Source: Dendrobates tinctorius
Lineage: Eukaryota
DNA: 64,000 bases
Reading direction: 5' to 3'
NCBI RefSeq assembly: GCF_039654945.1
Contig: NW_027361671.1
Coordinates: 26,226,001 to 26,290,000 of the forward strand
Of the stretch, positions 36,053 through 49,899 are shown piece by piece (position 1 is the stretch's first letter; the number at the start of each line of letters is the position of its first letter). Both the position numbers and the translations under genes were made by a program. The notes under the pieces were generated by a model that was not told the origin of the DNA, did not search any database, and saw nothing but the letters and a program-made list of their open reading frames with translations.

Positions 36053-37491
36053 CAGTGATGGCGAACCTTTCTGAGACCGAGTGCCCAAACTGCAACCTAA
36101 AACACTTATTTATGACGAAGTGCCAACACGTGCCAAATGCCCCATCATGATCCCCTTCATGCAGAAATGCCCTATCATGATCCCCTTCATGCAGAAATAT
36201 GCCCCATCATGATCCCCTTCATGTAGAAATATGCCCCATCATGATCCCCTTCATGCAGAAATGCCAAATCATGATCCCCTTCATGCAGAAATATGCCCCA
36301 TCATGATCCCCTTCATGCAGAAATATGCCCCATCATGATCCCCTTCATGCAGAAATTTGCCCCATCATGATCCCCTTCATGCAGAAATATGCCCCATCAT
36401 GATCCCCTTCATGTAGAAATATGCCCCATCATGATCCCCTTCATGCAGAAACAGGCCCCATCATGATCCCTTTCATGCAGAAATATGCCCCATCATGATC
36501 CCCTTCATGCAGAAATATGCCCCATCGTGATCCCTTACATGCAGAAATATGCCCCATCATGATCCCCTTCATGTAGAAATATGCCCCATCATGATCCCCT
36601 TCATGCAGAAATATGCCCCATCATGATCCCCTTCATGTAGAATTTGTCCATTCCACCACCTCCATCATTTCCTTCTCCCCATCACTCCCACCACCCCCAT
36701 CATTGGCCCTCTCCACATCACTGGCCATCTCCCCATCAATGGCCATCTCCCCATCAATGGCCATCTCCCCATCAATGGCCATCTCCCCATCAATGGCCAT
36801 CTCCCCATCAATAGTCCTCTCCCCATCACTGGCCCTCTCCCCATCACTGGCCCTCTACCCATCAATGGCCCTCTACCCATCAATGGCCCTCTCCCCATCA
36901 CTGGCCATCTCCCCATATCACTGGCCATCTCCCCATCACTGGCCATCTCCCCATCAATAGCCCTTTCCGCATATCACTGGCCATCTCCCCATCAGCGGCA
37001 ATCTCCCCATCACTGGCCATCTCCCCATATCACTGGCCATCTCCCCATCGGCAGCCATCTCCCCATCACTGGCCATCTCCCCATCATTGGCAAACACACA
37101 CACACCACAGCGGCCACACTCTCGGCCACACTCACACAGACACACCAGCGGCCACACACACAGACACACACACCAGCGGCCACACACACCAGGAGCCACA
37201 CACACACCAGCGGCCACATACAAACACACACCAGCGGCCACACACACACACCAGCGGCCACACTCACCTCTCCTCGCGCCAGCATCTTCCTCGGCTCTCA
37301 CTTCCTCTCACACATTGAGAGGCGTTGCCACAGCTGGATGACATCATCATTCAGCCCCGGGGCCGCGCTGCTCAATGTGTGAGAGGCAGCCAGGAAGCTG
37401 CAGCTCCGGATCAATGAGGCGAGGCCGCTTGCCAGCTGAGAGGGCTCTGCGTGCCCTCTCTGGCACGCGTGCCATAGGTTCGCCAATACTG
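36053..37491. mobile_element. Non-autonomous hAT (Charlie-type) element filled with minisatellites
   Basis: TIRs cagtgatggcgaacct / aggttcgccaatactg; perfect 8-bp TSD gtctaggt (36045-36052, 37492-37499). Confidence 0.92.
36136..37265. repeat. Three consecutive tandem arrays (30-32 bp, 18 bp, ~16-20 bp CA-rich)
   Basis: gccccatcatgatccccttcatgcagaaatat (~36136-36642); ggccatctccccatcaat/cact (~36700-37090); cacacacaccagcggc (~37095-37265). Confidence 0.93.
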
Positions 37492-37715
37492 GTCTAGGTC
37501 AATTTATACTTCAAGGTATAAATTGGCCTAGGGCTGCGCCATTTCATACCCCCTCATATCAGATTATATCCCCTTGATATCAGCAGCTTTGAGTGATATA
37601 CACAAGAATTACTTAATTTTTCAACATCTTATTGGGGTTCAGGTTTGTCAGGTAAGTTAGGTAAGACGATAACTAATTTAAATCTTAAAGGTCTAAACAC
37701 ATAGACTTTTATTAA

Positions 37716-40242
37716 CCCCTTCATGACCCAGCCTATTTTGACCCTAATGACCTGGCCATTTTTTGCAATTCTGACCAGTGTACATTTATGAGGCAATAAC
37801 TCTGGAACGCTTCAACGCATCATAGCGATTCTGAGATTGTTTTTTCGTGACATATTGGGCTTCATGATAGTGGTAAATTTAGGTCGATAATTTTTGCGTT
37901 TATTTGTGAAAAAATGGAAATTTGGCAAAAATTTTGAAAATGTCGCAATTTTCACATTTTGAATTTTTATTCTGTTAAACTAGAGAGTTATTTGACACAA
38001 AATAGTTACTAAATAACATTTTACATATGTCTACTTTACATCAGCACAATTTTGGAAACAAAATTTTTTTTTGTTAGGAAGTTATAAGGGTTAAAAGTTG
38101 ACCAGTGATTTCTCATTTTTGCAACAAAATTTACAAAACCATTTTTTTAGGGACCACCTCACATTTGAAGTCACTTTGAGGGGGTCTATATGGCAGAAAA
38201 TACCCAAAAGTGACACCATTCTAAAAACTGCACCCCTCAAGCTACTCAAAACTACATTCAAGAAGATTATTAACCCTTCAGGTGCTTCACAGGAAGGAAA
38301 CGTGGAAGGAAAAAATGGACATTTTAATTTTTCCAACAAAAATTTTCTTTTAGCATCAATTTTTTCATTTTCACATGGGTAACATGATAAAATGGATCCT
38401 AAAATTTGTTGGGCAATTTCTCCTGAGTACACCGATACCTCATATGTGGCTATAAACCACTGTTTGGGCGCACGGCAGGGCTCAGAATGGAAGGAGCGCC
38501 ATTTGACTTTTTGAAAGGAAAATATGCTGGAATATTTAGCGGTTGCCATGTCGCGTTTGGAGAGTCCCTGTGTGCCTAAACATTGGAGCTTCCCCACAAG
38601 TGACCCCATTTTAGAAACTAGACCGTCCAAGGAACTTATCTAGATGCATAGTGAGCACTTTGAACCCCCAGGTGCTTCACAAATCGATATGTAAAAAAAA
38701 AGGACTTTTTTTTCGCAAAAATTTTCTTTTAGCCTGTTTTTTCATTTTCACATGGGCAACAGGATAAAATGGATCCTAAAATTTGTTGGGCAATTTCTCC
38801 TGAGTACACCGGTACCTCATATGTGGTCATAAACCACTGTTTGGACGCATGGGAGAGCTCAGAAGGGAAGGAGCATGATTTTGGAATGCAGACTTTGATG
38901 GAATGTTCTGCGGGCATCATGTTACATTTGCAGAGCCCCTGATGTGCCTAAACAGTAGAAAATCCCCACAAGTGACCCCATTTTGGAAACTAGACCCCCC
39001 CCAGGGGCTTATCAAGAGAAATTGGACCCCTAAAGTTGTTGTTCAGTTTGTCCTGAGTACGCTGGCACCCCATATGTGGGGGGGAACAACTGTTTGGGTG
39101 CACGGCAGGGCTCAGAAGGGAAGGAGCGCCATTTGACTTTTTGAATGGAAAATTAGCTCCAATCGTTAGCGGGCACCATGTTGTGTTTGGAGAGCCCCTG
39201 TGTGCCTAAACTTTGGATCTCCCCCACAAGTGACCCCATTTTGGAAACTAGACCACCCAAGGAACTTATCTAGATGTGTGGTGAGCACTTTGAACCTCTA
39301 AGTGCTTCACAGAAGTTTATAACGCAGAGCTGTGAAAATAAAAAATCATTTTTTTTTAAACAAAAATCATTTTTTTAGCCCCCAATTTTCTATTTTCCCA
39401 AGGGTAACAGGAGAAATTAGACCCCCAAAGTTGTTGTGCAATTTTTCCTGAGTACGCTGATACCCCATATGTGGGGGTAAACCACTGTTTGGGCACACAT
39501 TGGGGCTCGGAATGTTTTACTTTTTGAACGCAAAATTGGCTGGAATAAATCATGGCGCCATGTCATGTTCGGAGACCCCGTGCTGAGCCTAAACAGTCGA
39601 AACCCCTCAATTCTAACTCCAACTCTAACCCCAACACACCCCTAACCCAAACCCAACCCTAATCAAAACCCTAACCACAACCCTAACCCCAACACACCCC
39701 TAACCCTATTCCCAACTCTAACACTAGCCACAAGCCTAACCATAATCCCAACCCCAACCCACCCCTAACCCTAATGGCGGCGCCCATGATCCGGGACGGC
39801 GGGACCCCGGGAGCCACAGCAGGACATCGGAGGTACCGGCGGCATCAGGGGTGGATCGGAAAGTTTAAGGGGAGGGGGATAGATGAGGACAACGGCGACT
39901 GATCGCCGCCGTCCGTCGGTGGCGGGGGGCCCATCACCCCCGCCAGTCGGTGTGAGGGGGTCAGGTCTCGGTGTCCAGCCATGTCCGATGCTATTGCAGC
40001 ATCGGCCATGGCTGGATTGTAATATTTCACCAAATTTCATTGGTGAAATATTACAAATCGCTCTGATTGGCTGTTTCACTTTTAACAGCTAATCAGAGCG
40101 ATCGTAGGCACATGGGGGCTAAGCCATGCCCCCTGGGGTTAACTCTAAGGTGTCCTCTGTCCGCAGGGGGGCAATCAATTCATGACGCCACATTGGCTTG
40201 ACTTTTCATGACGCCTATCTGGCGTCAAAGGTCGGGAAGGGG
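37716..40242. mobile_element. Non-autonomous piggyBac-type element with internal long repeats
   Basis: ttaa|ccccttcatgacc ... ggtcgggaagggg|ttaa; several diverged ~300-400-bp internal repeats (38270-39600); ccctaa-rich tract. Confidence 0.88.
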
Positions 40243-41393
40243 TTAATTGAACCAGAAAAACTTCAATCAGTAAAAATATTAGACTTCCACAAAGACATAA
40301 TGAGGCAAAGAATCCTGCCGCACTTCTCAGTAGTTGCACATTAAAAGCAGCTGTGTCTGAGTATAATAGAAAGAGATCTGCACATTTTTCAACCAAACAG
40401 AGACAGTGTGAGAAAACCAATGAAGTGAAAAGATTATGTTACAATTGCATTCTAAGGTAAAAGCTCTTATATTACTGGACAACAGTGTAATTTCAGTAAT
40501 AACTGTTGTCCATTACCAGTCACATTGTATTGTAACATCAATCTTCATCATGTGATTAACAACATAAATAACTTCCCACTGTGTGTCAGTTTTAGGTTAT
40601 TAAAAAATGGCATCTAAACTCTGTCTCCTTTACAAGGGTTCATAAAGTAGAGGAGCATATTGCAGCCTGGAGGGGTATAACTTGGTCTAGCCTATATTAT
40701 AGTTTGGCCTAGGACAGCTTATCCTCCGAGCATACTCTGGCCTGGACCAATCTATACCCAGGTTTAGTCTGTTCAGGGGTTAATTTGGCCTGTTACACTG
40801 GCATTCAGCATGGCATTTCACTTTTCAAACACCATCACACAGAGATAGAACCATCAGCTTTCACTGTGCTAAAAGTGACTGCTTGGCCTACATATCTTAC
40901 AATAATTTTGTTTCGTACTTCATGCACACAGGTTTATACGTAGTTTTTATATATTTTTTTTAAGATTTGATTTTATTGACATTTAACAAAATAAGCACAG
41001 CTCAAATTGTAAGGTTTAATTAAATATTAACTTGCTTTCCCACATTTACAACCATTCATTATTTATGATTCCCACAAGAGTTTACCAATTTAAGTACATG
41101 ACATTTTTCAAAACATCCAGTTGCTGCTAGAATAACTCATCTTCCCACTATAACATAGAAATGTATATACACCAGACCTGTACTGTGTTTTAACAGCAAA
41201 ATATAATGTTTACAAAATGCACTATCTGAATTTGCCAAAAGCCAAACACATATAATCATCAGTAGACAAACACAAAAGGGTTAGTATAAAAGAACTACTA
41301 TAAATATACAAATATTACTACACATAAACACAAAATAATAACTACATGTACATACACAAAAGAACAGCTACATAAACAGAAAAGAATAGCAGC

Positions 41394-41868
41394 TGTAGCA
41401 AAGATAGGTAGGACAGGGTTAAATTTTAACTCTGCAGGGTTTGATTAGAGGAACCTGCATAGCTTTTTATTAGAAGCAGGAAGTAGGCTCACTTGGTGTG
41501 CAGTGTGCTGGGGAACTAAGCAGAGTGTAGATTCTGCTGGGAGCTGCAGACTACACTGAGCCAGGTGAACAGCCAGTATTGCAGCACAGAAGAGAGACTG
41601 AGGTTTGTGTCTTGGAGGAGAGGTGAAAATACCTCTTGGTGCTGATCTCTCTAGCAGAACTTGAGAAACAACTGGACATTTATCTGAATGGGTGAGTCCG
41701 CATGTGCCTGTGTATGGATTATTTATTTTGTTCCTTTATACCAGAGAAAGGCTGTTTACCGTTCTGCTAAAAGTTTATGCACTTTAATAAATCTCCTTGT
41801 TTGACCCAGAAAATGTGTGCCTGTGTGAATTCTAGCTGCCTAAAAGCGAGTAAACCCTTAGATCTACA
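41394..41868 (+). mobile_element. Putative solo LTR
   Basis: tgtagc...atctaca with AATAAA near 41786, interrupting the minisatellite; 4-bp flanks only partly match (cagc/tatc). Confidence 0.5.
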
Positions 41869-42295
41869 TATCAGCATTCAAATATTACTACACATAAAAG
41901 AATAGCTACATGTAAACATGCAAATATTTATACACTTAAAAGAATAGCTACATATAAACATACAAATATTTCTACAGATACAAGAATAGCTATGTAAACA
42001 TACAAATATTTCTAATTTGTCTTAAATGAAAAAACACAAAAAGAATTGTCCTAAAGCCAAATTGGATATAATTCCACACCAAACATAAAAGAGGGTGGAC
42101 AAAAGTATTGGCACTGTTCGAAAAATCATGTGATGCTTGCTTCTCTAATTTGTGCAATTATAATTAACAGCACCTGTAACTTACCTGTGGCACCTAACAG
42201 GTGTTGGCAATAACTAAATCACACTTGCAGCCAGTTGACATGGATTAAAGTTGACTCAACCTCTCTCCTGTGTCCTTGTGTGTACCACATTGAGC

Positions 42296-43329
<1,034 letters not shown>

Positions 43330-43505
43330 GCTGAGGGTGCCAATACTTTTGTCTGGCCCATTTTGGGAGTGTTGTGTGAAATGATCAATGTTTTGCTTTT
43401 TGCTTCATTCTCTTTTGTGTTTTTTCATTTAAGACAAATTAAATGAAGATAATAATACCAAAGAATTTGTGATTGCAATCATTTTCAGGAAGAAACTGAG
43501 TATTA

Positions 43506-44817
43506 CACTGGTCAACAGCATTTTTGGTGCCAAAGATATTTCATCGAATTTAGGGTATTTTTGGGGTGCTGATTCTGAATATGTCATCAGTTTTGCCAGA
43601 TTGGCTCAAGTTTTTGAGATTTTTGGTATCTTATTTATAGCACTTGTTGGTAAATGCGACGCATCATCTCATTAATTTCTTTGGATTAGTACTTGAACTG
43701 AGCAGTTCTCAATATAGTTTTGTGTTAATTAGTGTTCTAAAAGTTTGTTCATAGCTTGATTTTTGCACTAACTTTATGTTGTTGTCTGTTTTCCAGTGAA
43801 AAGCATGAACTCATCAAGAAGAAGTTGTCTTAACGATCCAGACTCATTCTGTTACATTTGTGGTGAATACACACTGCCAAAACATAGAAGAAACATAACA
43901 GACTTCGTAAAAAAAGTGTATTTTGCCTATTTTGGGGTTATGCTTGGGGACCAAGACAAGTTTTGGGCACCACACATAGTGTGCAAAGCATGTATCGAAT
44001 TATTACGAAAATGGAGCAAAGGACAAAGAAAAAGCTTCAAATTTGGTGTTCCAATGGTGTGGAGAGAGCCAAAAAATCATCATGATGACTGTTATTTATG
44101 GTAAACACAGGTACAGGCACATCTTCACAATGAGGGACAGGCCTTCTTGCAGATTCCATGTTACTCCCATTTTCGTTTCTTATGCTTATTGAATCCTTGC
44201 ACTTGCACTGCACAGAAATAACAGTCATCATGATGATTTTTTGGCTCTCTCCACACCATTGGAACACCAAATTTGAAGCTTTTTCTTTGTCCTTTGCTCC
44301 ATTTTCGTAATAATTCGATACATGCTTTGCACACTATGTGTGGTGCCCAAAACTTGTCTTGGTCCCCAAGCATAACCCCAAAATAGGCAAAATACACTTT
44401 TTTTACGAAGTGTGTTATGTTTCTTCTATGTTTTGGCAGTGTATATTCACCACAAATGTAACAGAATGAGTCTGGATCGTTAAGACAACTTCTTCATGAT
44501 GAGTTCATGCTTTTCACTGGAAAACAGACAACAACATAAAGTTAGTGCAAAAATCAAGCTATGAACAAACTTTTAGAACACTAATTAACACAAAACTATA
44601 TTGAGAACTGCTCAGTTCAAGTACTAATCCAAAGAAATTAATGAGATGATGCGTCGCATTTACCAACAAGTGCTATAAATAAGATACCAAAAATCTCAAA
44701 AACTTGAGCCAATCTGGCAAAACTGATGACATATTCAGAATCAGCACCCCAAAAATACCCCAAATTCATTAAAATATTTTGGACACCAGAAAAAAAATTT
44801 TTTTTCGTTGACCTGTG
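43506..44817. mobile_element. Chapaev3 (CMC superfamily) fold-back derivative
   Basis: CAC...GTG termini (cactggtcaac / gttgacctgtg); TTA TSD (43503-43505, 44818-44820); two inverted copies of an N-terminal Cys-rich region (FCYICGE, GDQDKFWAPHIVC, WREPKNHHDDCYFC). Confidence 0.88.
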
Positions 44818-47800
44818 TTATCTGACAGAATTGCAGGGGTGTCAATACTTTTGGCCACAACTGTACACGTACAAATATTACTACATATAAAGGATAGCTG
44901 CCTATAAACATATGTCTACACATATAAGGATAGCTACATGTAAACATATAAATTTTACTACACATATAAGGATAGCTACATGTGAACATACAAATATTAC
45001 TACACATAAACACAAAAGGATATCTACATGTAAACACAAATCTTACTACACAAAAACTACATTGAAACATAAAAGTAAAACTATATATACACACATTGCT
45101 ACACATAAAAACAAAAGCTCTACTTGTAATGCTGCATAAAAGCAAAGTAGTACAATAGCTTATTGACATAGGAAACCTTACCATTTTGACAGGCATATAG
45201 TGTAAGACGTATTACAGTGCTAGTGGGCGTATGAAGGGCTCTCCTAACAGATTTGTGGGATAACAAAGCATGACAATACATGGCATGATGTCAATCATAA
45301 TGTAGTCCTGTACACATAAGTTTTCTCCTTACAGTATTATTTATTATAATAACTCAATTTTGTGCCTATTTTACTCTTGGAGGACCCATTATAAGTTTAA
45401 AAAATATATATATTTTTAAGCAATCTGATGTCATGGCTAGTTGGCTACAATCAAAAAACACTGCCATCTTACTGAAATACATTTCTGGTACCTAAACTTT
45501 ACAAGAATTCAACTGGAATTGACTATGTACCATAAACTATTGAATACATTCAAATAGTAATAGTAGCATTTTTAGCTCAATGGTATTTGGTATAGGCATT
45601 AAACAGAGCAGATAATCAGACAAGATCTCATCTACTACTACATCATGTGTCCAAGTTAGCTGTCCCACACACAACCCTTATCATTTACCAACATATGTTG
45701 CATGTGAATATGTCATAAGATTCTCAATGTGCAATATACACTTTTATGCATTTACATTTTAGGATATAATAAAATTACATTATGATTTAATGCATATGGA
45801 AAAGCAAAACGACCACCTCTTTGATGACACAGTAAGCACACACAAATAATACATAAACTGGCAGTGAAAGTTCCAATAAAATAAGATCATAGACTGTACC
45901 TGAGCAGACAGCAGTGGCAAGGTGCCTATATTTTTCAGCTTGCAGATGTCTAACATAATGCTGCAATAGTGGATAACACATCTTCAGACTGACACTACAC
46001 CTCCACATTCATGGCTAGCCTATCCTGATCTGTACACATCCCCAGCTTCATGTTCAGATATCACTTGCCTCTGCATTCAAATTGCAGGCAGTAATGGAGA
46101 GGGATGGGACGTGACGGAGAGGCACTGTTGCTCCACAATATGGGAAGGAAATGATTTACCGGTATGGTGGCAGGCTCTTATATTGAAACACAAATCTGCA
46201 CCTAGTATTACTACATTTTTGTATTCCGTAAGTTTATCACATTGCAAAGAACACAGCATTTCCTTCAGCTCAAGGCAGGCAAACAGTACCATACAGTATG
46301 CAGAAGCTGGCTAAATGTTGTTAAAGGGTCGGAGCGAGCACAGATGACTAGCAAGACTTACCATAATATCCTTAACTTTCTAGATCTTGTATTCAGTTTC
46401 TCAAGGCAAATACGTGGAACGTAAGTCTTGGATAGGTGTCCCAGAATGTATCCATCTTATTTCACCTCCTTTCTACTAATGCTGGTTAATCTGAGAGAGG
46501 GGGTGATGGTATATAGGTGGGGCTTAGGCTGTTCAATTGTTCTTTCCGCAACACAGAGCGGGTGAGCTACAGCCAACCATGTCATAAAAGGCACCCACCA
46601 TAACCAATCCGAGACCACATATGAAGGACTGCATATCTATGAACGCTTATATCTCCTCTTTTCGGTCTCCTGTAAAACTAAACCCTTATCTGCTCAGTCA
46701 GATCAGATTTTGACCACACTGTTTTGACAACTTGTAGAAAATTATGCAAAAACAATACATATGTGCCTTCTTTTGTTTTCATTTCAAAAGATATTCGATG
46801 AAAGACTGATAAAGTGTGTGCATTCTTGAGCAGGGCTTGAGTAGAAGGAGAGTATAACACAAAGAAATTGAAAAGTAACAAAAATAAAACTGTGTGCTCA
46901 GGACTCCCACCAGGAATTTCAGGGCCCCACACTGGCAACATTTTTGGGCTCTCTTGAGACTCTATCCAGGCTCCAACCCAGCTCCACCTCCACCCCTTCC
47001 ACAGAACATTGCCCCTGCCCACTCGGAAAAACTCCATCATGTCCTCACCAATCAAACTAACAGTTTCCATCGAACACCAGATCACATACATCAGCTTCTG
47101 TTTTTGCCAAAAAGATTTTTTTAAGCCACCACAACAAGCTAGAATCTTTTGGCCAGGTTCTACTCTACTCTAACCTATTAACCTTTTTTTAAAATGTCCA
47201 TTACTCTTTTTAGGCATATGCTTATTTTTTTGTAATGGAATGAGTCACATACATTTTTTAAAGTAATCGAACCCAGATTGTGATAGTTTTTTTAGAATCT
47301 GTACTTCTGATTGCAGATTATTGTATTATGTTTCCCTTATGTTTATAGGAGCTGCTCTCTTGCCTGTTTGGTGATATGGACATTGGATATATGCATGTAT
47401 ATATATCATAAGTCATTATAGGGGAGTCTATTTTCTTGGGTACAGAAAGTACTCAGACCCCTTTAAAATTTTCACTCTGTTTCATTGCAGTCATTTGGTA
47501 AATTCAAAAAAGTTCATTTATTTTCTCATTAATGTACACTCTGAACCCCATCTTGACTGAAAAAAACAGAAATGTAGAATTTTTTGCAAATCTATTAAAA
47601 AAGAAAAACTGAAATATTACATGGTCATAAGTATTCAGACCCTTTGCTCAGTATTGAGCAGAAGCACCCTTTTGAGCTAGTACAGCCATGAGTCTTCTTA
47701 GGAATGATGCAACAAGTTTTTCTCTAGCAACCTTCCGCGACAGGATAGGAGGTTGTCTCAACGCCCTAATGGGGGACAGGAAGCACAAAGAGGTTAAAAG

Positions 47801-48205
47801 GTCCCTCCCACCTCCCTCTCACCAGTGTCTTTCCTGTCCCCCATGGGGCATGGAGAGGTTACGGGTATGCTGCGTGGCCGGCTGCTGCAGTGTATCTGAG
47901 GATTTTATTGATGGGCAGTGGTGGTCGGTGGCTCTGCCTTCCCTCCTCCGTGCTGCTCCCATCATCGCTTGAATTCGGGACCTTCCTGGCCCACCCGCGC
48001 TCCCTCTGGGAGTAAAGCGGGCCAGTGATCCCCGACCGGAGGCCTCCCTCAGCTCTCCGGTCTCTCCTCCACCTTTCGCGGCTGTCGGCGACCCGGAAGT
48101 GACATCACGCACGCGGGTCACTTCCGGGGTACGCGTTCCTTCAGGGAGCTCAGATGAAACGTCAGGACCTATGGCGGTCCCCGGGCAGCACGTGGAGCAC
48201 GCCGG

Positions 48206-49895
48206 TTGGATCCGTGCCTGCTCGGACCCCGGGAGGGGGAGGGGGAAAGTGAGTATGAGCAAAGCACTGAGGGCATGGTCGGTTCTTCCCACCCTGCATC
48301 TGCGGAGCCCAGTGCTGCCCCAGCCACAGTAAGTGTGCTATTGGGGTGGGTCCTAGTGGTGCAATTTTGGGTAGGGGTCATCAAAATGCTTCTCTCCTTT
48401 CTTGTAGGGAGAAAAGTCTGCCTATAAAAGCACCAATACCACCAGTAAACCAGCTAAATGTGCCATATGTAGTACAAAGCTTCCCTCAAGCTGGGGGAAA
48501 AAATTATGTCAGGCATGCACGGACGGAGTGGTCAGGTCTGAGCACCCCTCATTGATTGAGGAAATCCGCAGCCTGGTCACACAACAGGTTCAGTGTCAAG
48601 TATAGCGTGGCACCACCACAAGGTGCACAAGTAGGTTACCCAGACCGAAGTGAATAATGAAAATAACTTGGCACTCAACTGAATGATCCTTTGCACATGA
48701 AGTTTTTATTTTTCTATATATTTTAAAAACTTCATGTGCAAAGGATCATTCATTTGAGTGCCAAGTTATTTTCATTATACACAACAGGTTCAGACCTCCC
48801 TAGCCGCCTTGTCTCCCCCTCCACCTCCTCCATTTCTACCAGCCGTGGGTTCACCTTCCACAAAAAAGCGAAGGCTGCAGTTAGAGGAATCGGACTCTGA
48901 GTCAGAGCATTCCTATAATTCAGGATCTGAAAAATGGGAGGAACCAACAACCTCTAAATCAGCCGAGGCCAGAAGATACCTCTTTTCCTCAGAATATGTG
49001 GAGGAGCTGATCAGTGCGGTGCGTGCCTCCATGGGACTAGAGGATGAACCAGTCCCTGAGTCGGCACAAGACAAAATGTTTGGAGGGTTCAAAGGGCCCA
49101 GACTGGCAGGGTTTCCAGTACATAGGAGCATAACGGATATGATCTCCCAAGAATGGGAATACCCAGAGAAATGCTACTCGGCTCCTTTGGAGCTCAGGCA
49201 TAGATTCTCCCTGGAGGGAGATGCATTTAAATGGGACATACCAAAAGTTGATGTCCAGGTAGCAAGAGTAGTGAAGAAAATAGTCCTTCCATTTGACGAT
49301 GTATCCCAGCTTAGGGATCCAATGGACCGCGAAGCTGAAAGCCTCTTAAGAAAGTCCTGGGAAACCTCTGCCTTTGCCTTAAAGTCAGGAATTGCTTTCA
49401 CATGTGTTTCTAGATCCCTCTTCCAGTGGATAGAGGAGCTAGAGAATCATATTGCTCGGGGGACATCAAGGGGCGAACATCTTGGATCCCTCCCCATACT
49501 ACAGAGAGCTACAGGCTTCTTGGCGGACGCATCCATGGAGATGATCCGCACCTCTGCCAGGTCTATGGTACAATCTAATTCTGCCAGGAGAGCCCTCTGG
49601 CATAAAACATGGAGCGGGGATGTTACCTCCAAGGTTAAGCTCTGCTCTATCCCCTTCATGGGTGAACACGTCTTTGGCCCAGCCCTGGATGAAATCCTTG
49701 AGAAGTCCACAGATAGAAAGAAAGCGCTCCCTGAGCAGAAGGCCCCAAGGAGGCAGTTTTATCGAGCCCCCCCAGAACCGGTCATCCCAGCTGGAAGGGA
49801 AGGGAAAGACAGAAAGATGGAGCTATGCTAAGGGGAAAGGCAAGAACATCTTGGTCCCCCAGCAGCAGCAGCAACACCAGCAGGAAAAACAATGA
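48206..49895 (+). pseudogene. DIRS ORF1 (gag-like), apparently spliced, interrupted by a 185-bp insertion
   Basis: CAIC...LCQAC motif at ~48458-48520, then ORF 48758-49831 (WDIPKVDVQVARV, LRDPMDR, ARRALWHKTW, IPFMGEHVFGPALDEIL). Start codon uncertain. Confidence 0.8.
48594..48778. mobile_element. Short hairpin insertion, Penelope-like
   Basis: 15-bp TSD acacaacaggttcag (48579-48593, 48779-48793); 55-bp inverted arms 48654-48708 / 48724-48778. Confidence 0.7.
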
Positions 49896-49899
49896 CTCG

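Larger units (their letters stand above)
35955..40801. mobile_element. Unclassified non-autonomous TIR element hosting hAT and piggyBac insertions
   Basis: 16-bp TIR ccggtgtaacaggcca / tggcctgttacactgg (15/16); repeated subterminal ggcctagg/ggtctag motifs at both ends; TSD unclear. Confidence 0.55.

Noticed and set aside
36613-37341. Low-complexity ORFs (SPSMAI repeats, His/Thr-rich)
   Set aside because: Translations of 18-bp and CA-rich arrays inside a hAT MITE.
48758-49831. Host LAP2-alpha-like gene
   Set aside because: Lies within the DIRS terminal repeats upstream of RT; it is the element's ORF1.
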